Assembly (NCBI GenBank): GCA_039809865.1 | Contig: JBDHVW010000011.1 | Span: 31,470-95,469 of the forward strand | Direction: 5' to 3' | DNA length: 64,000 nucleotides | Origin: Vulcanimicrobiota bacterium | GTDB lineage: Bacteria > Vulcanimicrobiota > Xenobia > Xenobiales > QWHO01 | Part shown: in pieces, positions 35,522-45,548 of the stretch | Layout of the letters: each line of letters opens with the position of its first letter | Numbering within the stretch: the stretch's first letter is position 1 | Notes under the pieces: model-generated | Told to the model about the DNA's origin: nothing | Seen by the model: the letters and a program-made list of their open reading frames with translations, nothing else | Databases searched by the model: none | Made by a program: the position numbers and the translations under genes

Positions 35522-36954
35522 GTCGGCAGCGCGGGCAGCTCCGACTGGCGGACCCACTTGTCGAAGAACGGATTGAGGTCCTGGCCGCTCACCTCGCTGG
35601 CCACGGCGATGAAGTCCTCGGTGGAGGCATTGCCGTTGCGGAAGCGCTCGGTGTAGGTGCGCAGGGTGGTGAAGAACGCCTCGTCGCCCACCGTCTTGCG
35701 CAACGCGTGCATGGTCACGCCGCCGCGGATGTAGACGTTGTGGTCGAACAGGCCGGTGGCGCCGGGGTCGGCGATGGGCGGGGAGCCCTGCTGCCACTCC
35801 AGCGAGCGGTAGGCGCGTTGCACCTGGCGCTCGAGCGCGTCCGAGCCCTGGTTCTTCTCGGTCCAGAGCCACTGGGCGTAAGTCGCAAAGCCCTCGTTGA
35901 GCCAGATGTCCTTCCAGTTCTTGACGCTGACCGAGTCGCCAAACCACTGGTGGGCCAGCTCGTGCACGTAGACCGTCTCGACGCTGCGATCGCCGGTCAC
36001 CATTCCCCGCTCGAAGATGGGCATCGTCTGGGTCTCCAGCGCCGCGCCGCCCACCGAGGCGTCGATCACGGCGGCGCCGTAGCTCGAGAACGGATAGGGG
36101 CCGAACTTCTCCGAGAAGAAATCGATCATCTCGGCTGTGCGGCCGAAGTCGTAGGTGGCGTCGCGGGCCATGTCGACCGGGAAGTAGTTCTTGATCGGGA
36201 CGCCTGACTTGGAGCGGTCCTCGTTGGAGGTCAGCTCGCCGATCGTCACCGTGGCCAGGTAGGGCGCCATCGGCTCTCTGGTCTCGAAATGGAAGGTGCT
36301 CGTCTCCACGCCCTTCTCGGCGTCGAAGCCCGGCTTCGTCTCGACCAGCGTTCCGTTGGCCGCGGCGGTGTACGGCTTGGGCACGGTGATGTTGAAGCTG
36401 TAGGTCGCCTTATCGGTGGGGTGGTCGTTGACCGGAATCCAGCTCGAGGCCCCGTCCGGCTCGCTCAGCACGTAGGTGGAGTCGCCGCGGTGGTTCCAGC
36501 CCAGCGGGATGGGGGCGTGGGGCGAGTGGTAGGGCTTGGGACGGCCGTGGTAGTCGACGCCGACCTCGAACTTGGAGCCCGCGGCCAGGGGCGCCTCGGG
36601 CTGGATGACCAGCTCGCGGCCCTCGCGCTTGAACTTTGCCTGCGCGCCGTTGACCGTCACGTTGGTGATCTCGAAGCCCTGGAAGTCCAGGTTGAAGCTC
36701 GGCAGCTCCTGGGTCGCCACCGCCTCCATCTTGGTCTTCATGTCGATGTTGTTGTCCTGCACGTCCACCTTGGCATCGATGGTGTAGTGCTGGGCGTCGT
36801 AACCCGGATTCCCGAGGCCCGGAAAGTAGGGGTCCCCCACCCCGTCTTCCGCGCGGCCCGGCACGAAGTCCGGCGCGGGCTTCATGCCAGCCAGAGCGCG
36901 CCGGTGGAAGGAGCAGGCGTCTTGAGGCCTGGTTGCCAGGGAGGAGACGTTCAC
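35518..36954 (-). CDS. M1-family zinc aminopeptidase (aminopeptidase N-like)
   Basis: 'VHELAHQWFGD' (HEXXH) with the downstream 'WLNEGFATY' third-ligand Glu motif, and the exopeptidase motif 'GAALET' (GAMEN-like). Confidence 0.85.
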   Translation of the reverse strand: MNVSSLATRPQDACSFHRRALAGMKPAPDFVPGRAEDGVGDPYFPGLGNPGYDAQHYTIDAKVDVQDNNIDMKTKMEAVATQELPSFNLDFQGFEITNVTVNGAQAKFKREGRELVIQPEAPLAAGSKFEVGVDYHGRPKPYHSPHAPIPLGWNHRGDSTYVLSEPDGASSWIPVNDHPTDKATYSFNITVPKPYTAAANGTLVETKPGFDAEKGVETSTFHFETREPMAPYLATVTIGELTSNEDRSKSGVPIKNYFPVDMARDATYDFGRTAEMIDFFSEKFGPYPFSSYGAAVIDASVGGAALETQTMPIFERGMVTGDRSVETVYVHELAHQWFGDSVSVKNWKDIWLNEGFATYAQWLWTEKNQGSDALERQVQRAYRSLEWQQGSPPIADPGATGLFDHNVYIRGGVTMHALRKTVGDEAFFTTLRTYTERFRNGNASTEDFIAVASEVSGQDLNPFFDKWVRQSELPALPT

Positions 36955-37145
36955 GGGGGACCTCCGAGTTGTGATTGCCCGAGAACCTTACCCTGACGCC
37001 TTTGGTCATGGGTTGCCGATTTGTGAACCCGGAGTTAACCGCTCTGAAAGAAGCCTGAAAAGCTGGCGGGCAGGTTCGCCGGTCTTCACGCGCCGAATGG
37101 CCTGGTTTCGGAGACTGGTGGTCATTCTGGGGCTGGTGGGGGAGA

Positions 37146-37982
37146 ATGTCTCGCTTCGACGTTCAAAAGGCAATCGAAAAGCTCGACCCGGTGCGCGATC
37201 ACGAGCGCATCATGCAGCTCTCGACCTGCTACGACTTTCCCTGGGACACCACACGCGCGCTCGAGTTCGCGCTCTTTCGCACGTTTTGCGTCCCCTCGAT
37301 CAGCGAGCTGTTGCACCGGACCGGCGAGTTCACGAATCGCGCGCGGAAACGCTACGACGACACGGACCTGATCATCAGCGAGATGGTCGAGAACGGCTAC
37401 ACCTCGGAACGAGGTAAGCGCGCCCTGCGCCGGATGAACCAGCTGCACGGGCGCTTCGACATCTCCAACGACGACTTTCTCTACGTGCTGAGCACGTTCA
37501 TCTACGAGCCGATCCGCTGGAACGCGCGCTTCGGCTGGCGACCGCTCTCGGCCGTCGAGCGGCGCGCCTACTTCGAGTTCTGGCGCGAGGTCGGACGTCG
37601 GATGGCGATCAAGGACATCCCCGCCGACCCGGACGTTTTCGAGCGCTTCAACCGCGACTACGAGGCCCGGCACTACCGCTACACCGAGGCCAACCACCAG
37701 GTCGGCGTGGCCACCCGCGAGCTGTTCGTCAGCTGGTTTCCCTGGGCTCCGAAGTCGCTGGTGAGGACGTTGATTTACGCCATGATGGACGACCCGCTGC
37801 TCGACGCCTTCGGGTTCCCTCGCCCGCCGACGTGGCTACGCCGCGTCACCGAATTGGCTTTGAGGCTGAGGGGTTTGGCGCTTCGATTCTTCCCGACACG
37901 GAAGACGCCGCGTCGGCGCACGGAAATGCGGCGTCCGACTTACCCCGAGGGCTACGTAGTGGAGTCTTTGGGACCGCCCTGA
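37146..37982 (+). CDS. MpaB/DUF2236-family (ER-bound oxygenase / latex-clearing-protein-like) protein
   Basis: The overall sequence pattern ('LEFALFRTF', 'NQLHGRFDISNDDFLYVLSTFIYEPIRW', 'YFEFWREVGRRM') matches the DUF2236/MpaB family. Confidence 0.65.
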   Translation: MSRFDVQKAIEKLDPVRDHERIMQLSTCYDFPWDTTRALEFALFRTFCVPSISELLHRTGEFTNRARKRYDDTDLIISEMVENGYTSERGKRALRRMNQLHGRFDISNDDFLYVLSTFIYEPIRWNARFGWRPLSAVERRAYFEFWREVGRRMAIKDIPADPDVFERFNRDYEARHYRYTEANHQVGVATRELFVSWFPWAPKSLVRTLIYAMMDDPLLDAFGFPRPPTWLRRVTELALRLRGLALRFFPTRKTPRRRTEMRRPTYPEGYVVESLGPP

Positions 37983-39700
37983 ATCATCTTGAAGGCCAGC
38001 GCAGCCCCCGCCAGATAAGCTTCCTGGAACTCCTCGCCAGCGCGAGGCTTCCCGTGGGCCACCTCCTGACCCACCTCGCTCGCCTGGTACGACTGCGCGA
38101 TCGGCTCTAGCGTGGCGGCCTTCGCGAGTTGCTCATCCGCCGGACGGGCCTTCAGAACGTGCGCCAGCACCACGTCCACGCCTCCTGCCAGGATGCCGCA
38201 CTGCAGCATCTGCTGTGCCGTCTCCAGGCCGGTCTTGGCGGCCGCGGCCGCCCCCATCTGGCGCAACTGGTCCGAAGCTTTCAGCAGCTCGGTGCGGGAC
38301 GACTCCGGAGTTTCGCGGGCCATTTTGAGCGCGTTCTGAAGTTGGGTCTCGGCGCCGGCCAGTTGCGTGAGGTGGCCTTTCTCCAGCTCCGCGTTGACGC
38401 CGCCGAGCTGGTTGGCCACTTGCAGCATCTGATGAACGAGCCTGAAAAGGGTCGGGTCCGTTTCCTTCAGCTTGTCTCCCTGTAGGAAGTAGAAGGCCAT
38501 CCCCTCGGCCAGATATTCGCGCTCGTTGGCCTTGGCGTAATCGGTGATCGTATCGCGCTGACGACCGAGGTGCAAAGCCACTTGCAGCTCGTTCTTCCAG
38601 CCCTTGTACCAATCGGGCACTTTCTGCTCGAGCAAGAAGTCGAGCCCGTGCGCAAACTCATGGATGGCCGTGCGATCGCCATTGAGACAGCGGTCGCGAA
38701 TCAGGATGCGGTTGACGCCACCGTAAGGGAACAGCTCGCCGTTGGCTCCCATCGCATCGGGGTCGGCATGCCGGTCGACCACCTTACCGGTCTCGCCGTG
38801 CCAAATCTGCACCGCGTCGAAGTCGTAGCGGTCGAGCAGCTTGCGATCGCCCGGCTCACCGTAGTAGTAGAGCTCGGGCAAAAGGATGGTGTGCTTGAGC
38901 GGGTCGACCGGGATCTGGTCGGGGTGGGCGCCTTTGTCCGCCAGCAGCTTGTCGCGGTACTCGGGGAACGCCTCCAGGTTGGAGGCGATCTGGCTCATCG
39001 TGTCGGCCTGCGCGGCCTGCACGCGGTCGCCGTTGAGAGCCTGGATGAGCTCGATGAAGGTAGCTTTCTCCTCGGGTGTGCGGGCGCCGCGCGCGATGGC
39101 CATGCCCTCGAGCGTGACGGCATCCTGGTTGAGAAGCGAGTCGACGGGAGCGCCCGGGAACAGGATCTTGTGGGGATCGGGCTGGTAGGTCGACAGGGGC
39201 TTTTCGGTCTGGTGCAAGAGGTTGCTCAAGGCGATGCGGTAGCTCTTGCGGTCGGCCGCCAGCCCTTCGCGGGCCTGCGCCTGGTGCTCGTGCACGGCCG
39301 CGGTCAGCTTGGCCAGCTCGGGAATCTGCTCGCGGAAAGCGTTCAGGTCTTGATTGCGCAAAACCCTGGCGTCGTTGATGTCATCGCCCGGACGCACCAC
39401 CACGAAGAGCAGCCCTTCGTTGACCGCAAAGCGCAGGGCGCCGGTGTCCACGCGGGAGAGGTTGGCCGCCAGCCCGGTGCCCTCGGACTCGCCGATCGGC
39501 AGCTCGCCCGCAAACATCGCCCGGGCGCTCTTCATGCGGCTCAGTCCGACCACATCGTCGGGGACGCTGGCTTTGAACTGATCGGGAGGGCCGTTGAACG
39601 TGCCCTGCATACGGCCGCTCTGGGCCGAGAGAAGGTGGGGGCTACCGAGACTGTTGACAAAATCCACGGTCTGCATGAAATACGACGGGCCGACCGCCAT
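37952..39700 (-). CDS. Zincin-like metalloprotease with an anthrax-toxin-lethal-factor-like (ATLF/M34-like) catalytic domain
   Basis: 'TAIHEFAHGLDF' (HExxH) plus a downstream 'NEREYLAEGMAFYF' (compare LF NEFFAEAF third-ligand segment). No N-terminal signal peptide. Confidence 0.55.
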   Translation of the reverse strand: MAVGPSYFMQTVDFVNSLGSPHLLSAQSGRMQGTFNGPPDQFKASVPDDVVGLSRMKSARAMFAGELPIGESEGTGLAANLSRVDTGALRFAVNEGLLFVVVRPGDDINDARVLRNQDLNAFREQIPELAKLTAAVHEHQAQAREGLAADRKSYRIALSNLLHQTEKPLSTYQPDPHKILFPGAPVDSLLNQDAVTLEGMAIARGARTPEEKATFIELIQALNGDRVQAAQADTMSQIASNLEAFPEYRDKLLADKGAHPDQIPVDPLKHTILLPELYYYGEPGDRKLLDRYDFDAVQIWHGETGKVVDRHADPDAMGANGELFPYGGVNRILIRDRCLNGDRTAIHEFAHGLDFLLEQKVPDWYKGWKNELQVALHLGRQRDTITDYAKANEREYLAEGMAFYFLQGDKLKETDPTLFRLVHQMLQVANQLGGVNAELEKGHLTQLAGAETQLQNALKMARETPESSRTELLKASDQLRQMGAAAAAKTGLETAQQMLQCGILAGGVDVVLAHVLKARPADEQLAKAATLEPIAQSYQASEVGQEVAHGKPRAGEEFQEAYLAGAALAFKMIQGGPKDSTT

Positions 39701-39706
39701 TTCCCC

Positions 39707-40192
39707 CTACTGCGACGAGCGATCCCGGGCCAGGGCGTACTGTTTGGCCAGCCCCTTCAACAGGGTGACCATACCCATCAGGCCCTGGCCCTTACCCATG
39801 CTGAGGTCCTTGCCAAAGAACGTGAAGCAGATATCGGTGGGCACCTTCTCGGCCTCCTCAGGCGAGGCGCCCGATAACGCCTCGTCGAGGATGACGGCCA
39901 TCGCCCTGGCCGAGATCCCCTGGGGATTCTCGACCGCGAAGTGGTATTTCAGCCCCCCGTCGTCCTGCGGCTCGGCCCAGACATAGGCCTCCGACTCGCA
40001 GCGCTGCACCCGGTGCGACTCGGGAAACGGCCGCGTGGCGATGCGCTCCGGCACCTCCCGGAACTGGTCGGCCAGCTCGATGAGCAACTCGGCGCGCTCG
40101 CCCCGGTCCGAGATGCCCGAGAAGACCTCGAGCAGCTCCTCGAGTTTCTCGGTCACGGCTTCTCGATCGGGAGGCCCACGCCGTTGCCCCAC
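39707..40192 (-). CDS. SufE-family sulfur-acceptor protein
   Basis: 'KLEELLEVF' at the N-terminus, a conserved Cys in '[11 protein letters not shown]', and the general SufE pattern. In an operon with the rhodanese gene. Confidence 0.7.
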   Translation of the reverse strand: MGQRRGPPDREAVTEKLEELLEVFSGISDRGERAELLIELADQFREVPERIATRPFPESHRVQRCESEAYVWAEPQDDGGLKYHFAVENPQGISARAMAVILDEALSGASPEEAEKVPTDICFTFFGKDLSMGKGQGLMGMVTLLKGLAKQYALARDRSSQ

Positions 40193-41037
40193 TCGGTCCA
40201 GCTGCCGTCGTAGTTGCGCACGGTGGGGTAGCCCAGCAACTCGGTCAATACGAGCCAGGTCAGGGAGCTGCGCTCGCCGATGCGGCAGTAGACCACCACG
40301 TCGTCGTTCTGGCTCAGGCCCTGCTCCTTCTCGTAAATGTCGCGCAGCTCGGCGGCCGTCTTGAAGGTGCCGTTCTCGGTGTTGACGGCGCGGGCCCAGG
40401 GCACGTTCTTGGCCCCCGGGATGTGGCCGCCGCGCAGGGCGCCTTCGTTGGGGTAGTCTTCCATGTGGAGGCGCTCGCCCGTGAACTCGGGGTTGGAGCG
40501 CACGTCCACCAGCTTCTTGCCGCTCTTGACGTGCTGCAGCACCTGGTCGCGAAAGGCGCGAATCCTGGTGTCATCGCGCCGGGGCACGGGGTAGTCGGCG
40601 GCCTCGTATTTGGGCACCTCGCGGGTCATCTCGCGGCCCTCCTTCTCCCACTTGAGCCGCCCGCCGTCCATCAGCCTGGCGTTCTGGTGGCCAAAGAGGC
40701 GGAAGACCCACAGGGCGTAGGAGGCCCACCAGTTGCTCTTGTCGCCGTAGAAGACCACCGTGGTCTCGGGCGTGATGCCGTTCTTCTGCATCAGGGCCGC
40801 GAACTGCTCACCGTCGATGTAATCGCGGTTGATCGGGTCGTTGAGATCGGCCGTCCAATCGATCTGCACCGCGCCCGGAATATGCCCGGAGGGATACAGC
40901 AGCATGTCCTCGTTGGACTCGACGATCCGGATCTTGGGATCTTTCAGGTGCTCGGCCACCCAGTCGGTGGAGACGAGAATCTCCGCATTCGCATAGCCGC
41001 GATCCTTGATGTCGACAACTGTTCCGGTCTGTGCCAT
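40153..41037 (-). CDS. Thiosulfate/3-mercaptopyruvate sulfurtransferase (tandem rhodanese domains)
   Basis: Two rhodanese modules. Active-site loop 'YCRIGERSS' (CRxGxR). Confidence 0.9.
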   Translation of the reverse strand: MAQTGTVVDIKDRGYANAEILVSTDWVAEHLKDPKIRIVESNEDMLLYPSGHIPGAVQIDWTADLNDPINRDYIDGEQFAALMQKNGITPETTVVFYGDKSNWWASYALWVFRLFGHQNARLMDGGRLKWEKEGREMTREVPKYEAADYPVPRRDDTRIRAFRDQVLQHVKSGKKLVDVRSNPEFTGERLHMEDYPNEGALRGGHIPGAKNVPWARAVNTENGTFKTAAELRDIYEKEQGLSQNDDVVVYCRIGERSSLTWLVLTELLGYPTVRNYDGSWTEWGNGVGLPIEKP

Positions 41038-41142
41038 GGCCTGGTCCCTCCGTTTGTCTATGTCTCAGGCCGCATGTGCGCCGCCGCACCGCCACCATCC
41101 TGCCGGCAGGGGGAAGCCCGATCTGTTCAGAATCCTCAACAA

Positions 41143-41556
41143 ATGGGGGTTTACTCCAAGAAACTTGAATTTGACACAAACCGCAAGGGACTGCACGAGA
41201 TCACCCGTCAGGTACGCGAGGTCGTCTCGTCCAGCCCCGTGGGGGACGGGATGTGCAATGTCTTCATCTGCCACACCTCGGCCAGTCTGTGCATCCAGGA
41301 GAACGCCGATCCGACGGCGCGCCAGGATCTCGAGGCTTTCTTCGAGCGCCTGGTGCCCCCCGATCAACCCTATTTCCGGCACACCGCCGAGGGTCCCGAT
41401 GACATGCCCAGCCACATCAAGAGCGCCCTCACCGAGGTGAGCCTGAACGTCCCGGTGCAGAGCGGCAAGCTGGCCCTGGGCACCTGGCAGGGAATCTACC
41501 TCTTCGAGCACCGTGAGCAGCCGCACCGGCGCAAGCTGGTCGTAAGCGTCTGGTAA
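41143..41556 (+). CDS. YjbQ/UPF0047-family protein (secondary thiamine-phosphate synthase-like)
   Basis: 'HEITRQVREVV', 'GMCNVFICHTSASLCIQENADP' and 'DMPSHIKSALTEVSLNVPV' are hallmark YjbQ segments. Confidence 0.85.
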   Translation: MGVYSKKLEFDTNRKGLHEITRQVREVVSSSPVGDGMCNVFICHTSASLCIQENADPTARQDLEAFFERLVPPDQPYFRHTAEGPDDMPSHIKSALTEVSLNVPVQSGKLALGTWQGIYLFEHREQPHRRKLVVSVW

Positions 41557-42281
41557 TGCTGAGCTGGCTCGGCCTCAAGAAAGGCCCCGGCACGGACGAG
41601 CGGCGACAGATCGTCCGCCGCAAGGTCTATCTCGACGTGGTCTGCCACCTGCCGGTCAAAGACCAGCTCGACCGCGACTTCAAGGCGGTCATCACCGACA
41701 TCGGTCCCGGGGGGCTCAAGCTGCGGAGCTATGAGAACCTGACCAGAGGCGCGAGGTTCTTCGTGGAGTATCCGGGCGAGCTGCCCGGCGTGCCCTGGAT
41801 GCGCGTGAAAGTCGTCGTCATCTGGGCCGTCAAGAGCAAGAAGACCTTCGAGACCACCGTGGGCCTCAACTACGACGAGCCTCCCCAGAACATGGCCAAG
41901 TCGTGGGTCAAATTCGTGCTCGAAGATGCCGGCTTCACCCCTGACAGCCTCAAGGAAAGGCGCCAGAGCATCCGCGTGCAGGTGGCCACGCCCGGCCTTT
42001 TGCTGGCCGAGGACATGCAGGCTTCCGGAAAGGTCGTGGGCGTCTCCATGGGGGGTGCCCAGATCGAGACCGGCGACCCCATCATGAAAGGCCGCGAGAT
42101 CAAGCTGATCTTCCAGGGCGCCGAGTTCAAGGGACTGAGCTTCCAGGGGAAGGTCCTGAGCGTCATACCGGTCGAGAAGCGGTTCTTGCACTCCGTGTCC
42201 TTTTACGCGGTGGCTCCCGATCAGCGCAAAGTGCTGGCCGGCTACCTGCAACGCTATATGCGCGAGGTCGCTCCTAAGTAG
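41556..42281 (+). CDS. Tandem PilZ-domain protein, paralogous to the CDS at 7978..9174 (putative c-di-GMP receptor)
   Basis: 'RRQIVRRKV...DIGPGGLKL' and 'RRQSIRVQV...GVSMGGAQIE'. Shared 'VGLNYDE.P' segment with the 7978 gene. Confidence 0.75.
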   Translation: MLSWLGLKKGPGTDERRQIVRRKVYLDVVCHLPVKDQLDRDFKAVITDIGPGGLKLRSYENLTRGARFFVEYPGELPGVPWMRVKVVVIWAVKSKKTFETTVGLNYDEPPQNMAKSWVKFVLEDAGFTPDSLKERRQSIRVQVATPGLLLAEDMQASGKVVGVSMGGAQIETGDPIMKGREIKLIFQGAEFKGLSFQGKVLSVIPVEKRFLHSVSFYAVAPDQRKVLAGYLQRYMREVAPK

Positions 42282-42656
42282 CCCGGTTGCGGTGCTCCAC
42301 CATCAGGCAGCGGTCCTGGACCACGCCGATGCCGTTTTGCTCGAGCTCGCGCGCGGTCTCGTCGTGGCGTATGCCGGACTGGAGCCAGACGTAGCGGGGG
42401 CGGACCTGCAGCAGCTCGGCCTTGTGCCCGGGCACGTCCTCGCTGCGGCGGAAGACCAGCACCAGGTCCGGTGGGGGCTGCACCTCGCCCAGCGTCGCCA
42501 CCACGCCAGGTTGGCCCTCGAGGCGGGGATTGACGCCCACGAGCTCGTATCCGTGCGATTGCATGTAGGCAGGTACGTAGTGTCCGGCGCGCTCGGGACG
42601 ATCGGAGTAACCGATCACCGCGATACGCCGAGTGTTCTTCAAGATCTCATCGATCA
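42274..42656 (-). CDS. CoA-binding domain protein (YccU/CoA_binding_2 family)
   Basis: 'RRIAVIGYSDRPERAGHYV' (Rossmann GxS), 'ELVGVNP' and 'DLVLVFR'. Only the 3' ~380 bp of the 1063-aa reverse ORF looks coding. Confidence 0.75.
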
Positions 42657-42684
42657 TCCTCCGAGTTGGTTCGGTCCCGCGTGC

Positions 42685-42690
42685 TATAAT
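42685..42690 (+). promoter_or_regulatory. Candidate -10 element TATAAT immediately upstream of the hybrid kinase ATG
   Basis: 'gtgcTATAATccatctATG'. The hexamer ends 6 bp before the ATG, implying a leaderless or very short-leader transcript if it is used. Confidence 0.3.
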
Positions 42691-42696
42691 CCATCT

Positions 42697-45033
42697 ATGC
42701 GCCAATTGCTGCTTGCGATGTTGGAAGCCCATCCCGAGCCCCAGGCCCTGGTCGATCACGAGGGCCACATCCAGGTGGCCAATACGGCCTGGAAGAGCCG
42801 TTTCGGAGAGCGCATCCCACCCACGCCCGGCCTCCAGATGATGGACATGGGCGAAGGCACGCGCCTGGCCATCTGGAAGCCCGAGGTCACCCAGGTGCCA
42901 GGGTTCGTGTTGTCGCTCGACCGCCAGGGCAAGATCTTGTTCTGCAACTTGCTCCTGCCGGGCTATACCCGCGAGCAGGTCCTGGAGCACTCGGTGCTCG
43001 ACTTCGTGGGCGCGGCCTACCACGAGATGTTTCTGGGCAAGCTGGCCCAGGTCTTCGAGCAGTCGGAGTGGGTCTGCTACGAAGCCGAGGGCGTGGGGGC
43101 GCGGGGCTCGACCGCCTGGTATCAGGGCACGATCGGTCCGGTCCTCCGTGACGGCGAGGTCATCATGGCCAACCTGCTGGCCGTGGACGTCACCCACACG
43201 CGGGCCACCGGCGAGCGCCTGACCCTGTTCGAGCAGATCTACCACAACTCCAACGACGCCATCGCGGTGATCGATCTGGAGGGGAAATACCTCATGCAGA
43301 ATCACGCCCACGCGCAGTTGCTCGGCTACTCGGATCGCGAGCTGGACGGGCAAACGCCGTCCATCCACCTGGGCGACGAGGCCTTCGGGCAGATCGGCAG
43401 CGAGCTGGCGGCCCACGGAACCTGCCGCACGACCGCGATGAGCCGGGCCAAGGACGGCACCACTCGGCCGCTGGAGCTGTCCGCCTTCACGGTCTACGAT
43501 GCCGAGTGCAAGCCGGTCTGCTTCGTGGGCATCAAGCGTGACATGACCCAGCGGGAAACCATTCTGGCCGAGCTGTCCCGCGCCCGCGACGCGGCCTTGC
43601 ACTCGGCCCGGCAAAAGTCGGAGTTCCTGCGCAACATGAGTCACGAGATCCGCACCCCGATGAACGGCGTCATCGCCATGACCGAGCTTCTGATGGAGAC
43701 CGAGCTCGACGAGGACCAGCGCCGGCTGGCGGGCACGGTGCACTCCAGCGCCGAGTCGCTGCTGACGATCCTGGACGACATCCTGGACTTCTCCAAGATC
43801 GAGGCCGGATTGTTGAGCTTCCAATCCATCGAGTTCGACCTCGAGCAGACGCTGGAGGCCGTCCTGGCGCTCCTCCAGGGGCAGGCGCTGACCCGCGGGC
43901 TCGAGCTCTCGGGCCGGCTGGCCGAGGACGTTCCGCGGAAGGTGGTGGGCGATCCCGGGCGCCTGCGCCAGGTGTTGACGAACCTCATTGGCAACGCGCT
44001 CAAGTTTACCCGCCAGGGGTGGGTGCGCGTGCTGGTCACGCGCGCCGACGACAAGCTCTGCTTCGAGGTCTCCGACACGGGTCCGGGGATCTCGCGCGAA
44101 GACCAGGGCCAGCTCTTCTCTCCCTTCTTCCAGACCCAGGAGGGTCAGCGGGCCGGCGGCACCGGGCTGGGACTTGCGATCTCCCTGCAACTCGTCCGGC
44201 TGATGGACGGCGACCTCTGGGTCGAAAGCGAGCCGGGCCACGGGGCGACGTTCCGTTTCACGGCCCGCCTGGCTCCCTCGGCCACGACGGCCCCGCAGGC
44301 GGTGGCGCCCATTCTCGTGGTCGAGGACAACCAGGCCCAGCGTGACATCCTGTTGCAGAAGCTGCAGCACCTCGGCTGCGAGGCGGTCGGGACGGGCGAC
44401 CTCGACCCGGCGAGCCTGACCGATGCGGTCGAGCTCGTCTTGCTGGATCGCTCCCTGCCCGAGCGCGATGGGCTCGAGGCCTGTCGCGGCCTGACCGGCC
44501 GCGCCCGCTGGGTCCTGCTCTTGCCGGCCGGGCAAGCGGCCCCGTCCGAGGCCGAGCTGGCCGCGGCCGGGATCGCGGAGTGCCTGAGCAAACCGGTGGA
44601 CGAGACCGCCCTGGCCGCCTGTCTGACGCGGGCCGGGTTGCACCCCGACCAGTTGCCGACCGACCTGCGGGTGCTGGTGGTGGAGGACAACGCCATGAAT
44701 TCGGCGGTGATCCAGCGGCAGCTCGAGCGCCTGGGATTGCATCCGGAGCTGGCGGCCCACGGCGAGGAGGCGCTGGCCAAGGAAGGCCCCTTCGACATCG
44801 TCTTGATGGACTGCGAGATGCCCCAGATGGACGGCTACGAGGCCTCCGCCGAGCTCCGTCGCCGACTCGGCGACCGCGGGCCGGTCATCATCGCCATGAC
44901 CGCTCACTGCCTGCAGGGAGACCGCGAGCGGTGCCTGGAAGCGAGCATGAACGACTACCTGAGCAAGCCGGTGAAGACGGAGCAACTGCGCGAGATGCTC
45001 GAGCGCTGGTCGCGCACGCTGTCGAGGATCTAA
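42697..45033 (+). CDS. Hybrid sensor histidine kinase (multiple PAS - HisKA - HATPase_c - two REC domains), paralogous to the CDS at 9216..10814
   Basis: H-box '[10 protein letters not shown]'. 'LIGNALKFT', 'DTGPGIS', 'GGTGLGL'. Receivers: 'ILVVEDNQAQR...' and 'VLVVEDNAMN...IVLMDCEMPQMDG...YLSKP'. Confidence 0.85.
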   Translation: MRQLLLAMLEAHPEPQALVDHEGHIQVANTAWKSRFGERIPPTPGLQMMDMGEGTRLAIWKPEVTQVPGFVLSLDRQGKILFCNLLLPGYTREQVLEHSVLDFVGAAYHEMFLGKLAQVFEQSEWVCYEAEGVGARGSTAWYQGTIGPVLRDGEVIMANLLAVDVTHTRATGERLTLFEQIYHNSNDAIAVIDLEGKYLMQNHAHAQLLGYSDRELDGQTPSIHLGDEAFGQIGSELAAHGTCRTTAMSRAKDGTTRPLELSAFTVYDAECKPVCFVGIKRDMTQRETILAELSRARDAALHSARQKSEFLRNMSHEIRTPMNGVIAMTELLMETELDEDQRRLAGTVHSSAESLLTILDDILDFSKIEAGLLSFQSIEFDLEQTLEAVLALLQGQALTRGLELSGRLAEDVPRKVVGDPGRLRQVLTNLIGNALKFTRQGWVRVLVTRADDKLCFEVSDTGPGISREDQGQLFSPFFQTQEGQRAGGTGLGLAISLQLVRLMDGDLWVESEPGHGATFRFTARLAPSATTAPQAVAPILVVEDNQAQRDILLQKLQHLGCEAVGTGDLDPASLTDAVELVLLDRSLPERDGLEACRGLTGRARWVLLLPAGQAAPSEAELAAAGIAECLSKPVDETALAACLTRAGLHPDQLPTDLRVLVVEDNAMNSAVIQRQLERLGLHPELAAHGEEALAKEGPFDIVLMDCEMPQMDGYEASAELRRRLGDRGPVIIAMTAHCLQGDRERCLEASMNDYLSKPVKTEQLREMLERWSRTLSRI

Positions 45034-45548
45034 GCCGGCGCCACGCTGGGCTCTTCCAGCGGCATCAGGATGGGGTTCAGAGGAATGTTGAGGTAGCGGA
45101 TGATGCGCACCTCGGCCTGGGACTCGAGCTTCTCGAACTCGCCCCGCATCAGCTCCAGAGCCCGCTCCTCGGTAAAGCCGCCCGCGCCCGAGCCGAGCAC
45201 CGGGAACGCGACGGACTGAAAACCGTGCTGGTCGACCAGGGCCATGGCGTTGTGAATGCTGTCGGTGATGGAGCGCTCGCTGGCACGCCACAAAAGGTTG
45301 ATGCCGGCGACGTGGATGATGCCCCGGTAGGGCAGTTTCCCCGCGCCGGTCAGCACCGCCCCTCCCAGAGGGATGGGTCCGTGTTTGCCTACCTCGCGGA
45401 AGGGCTCGGTGCCCGCCTCGCGCTTGATGGCGCCGGCCACGCCCTGCGGTAACAAGAGCCACCATGGCAGAACATTCCGGTTCCAGGCGTTGACAATCAC
45501 CTCGACCGGCTGGTGAACAAGGTCTCCGTGGACGATCAGCACTTCCAT
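45030..45548 (-). CDS. Stand-alone macro domain protein (ADP-ribose-binding / O-acetyl-ADP-ribose-deacetylase-like)
   Basis: 'LIVHGDLVHQPVEVIVNAWN' (GD-x-x-x-x-D-x-I-V-N-A-x-N), 'GGAVLTGAGKL', 'IIHVAG' and 'VAFPVLGSGAGG' are canonical macro motifs. Confidence 0.8.
   Translation of the reverse strand: MEVLIVHGDLVHQPVEVIVNAWNRNVLPWWLLLPQGVAGAIKREAGTEPFREVGKHGPIPLGGAVLTGAGKLPYRGIIHVAGINLLWRASERSITDSIHNAMALVDQHGFQSVAFPVLGSGAGGFTEERALELMRGEFEKLESQAEVRIIRYLNIPLNPILMPLEEPSVAPA

Noticed and set aside
38570-39877. 435-aa plus-strand ORF opposite the ATLF-like metalloprotease gene
   Set aside because: Antisense. A G/L/A/V-rich translation with no motifs.
42274-45465. 1063-aa reverse-strand ORF opposite the hybrid kinase
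   Set aside because: The translation is dominated by R/G/A/P runs typical of an antisense frame in high-GC DNA and has no domain motifs. Only its last ~380 bp (42274-42656) encode a recognisable CoA-binding protein, which I called separately.
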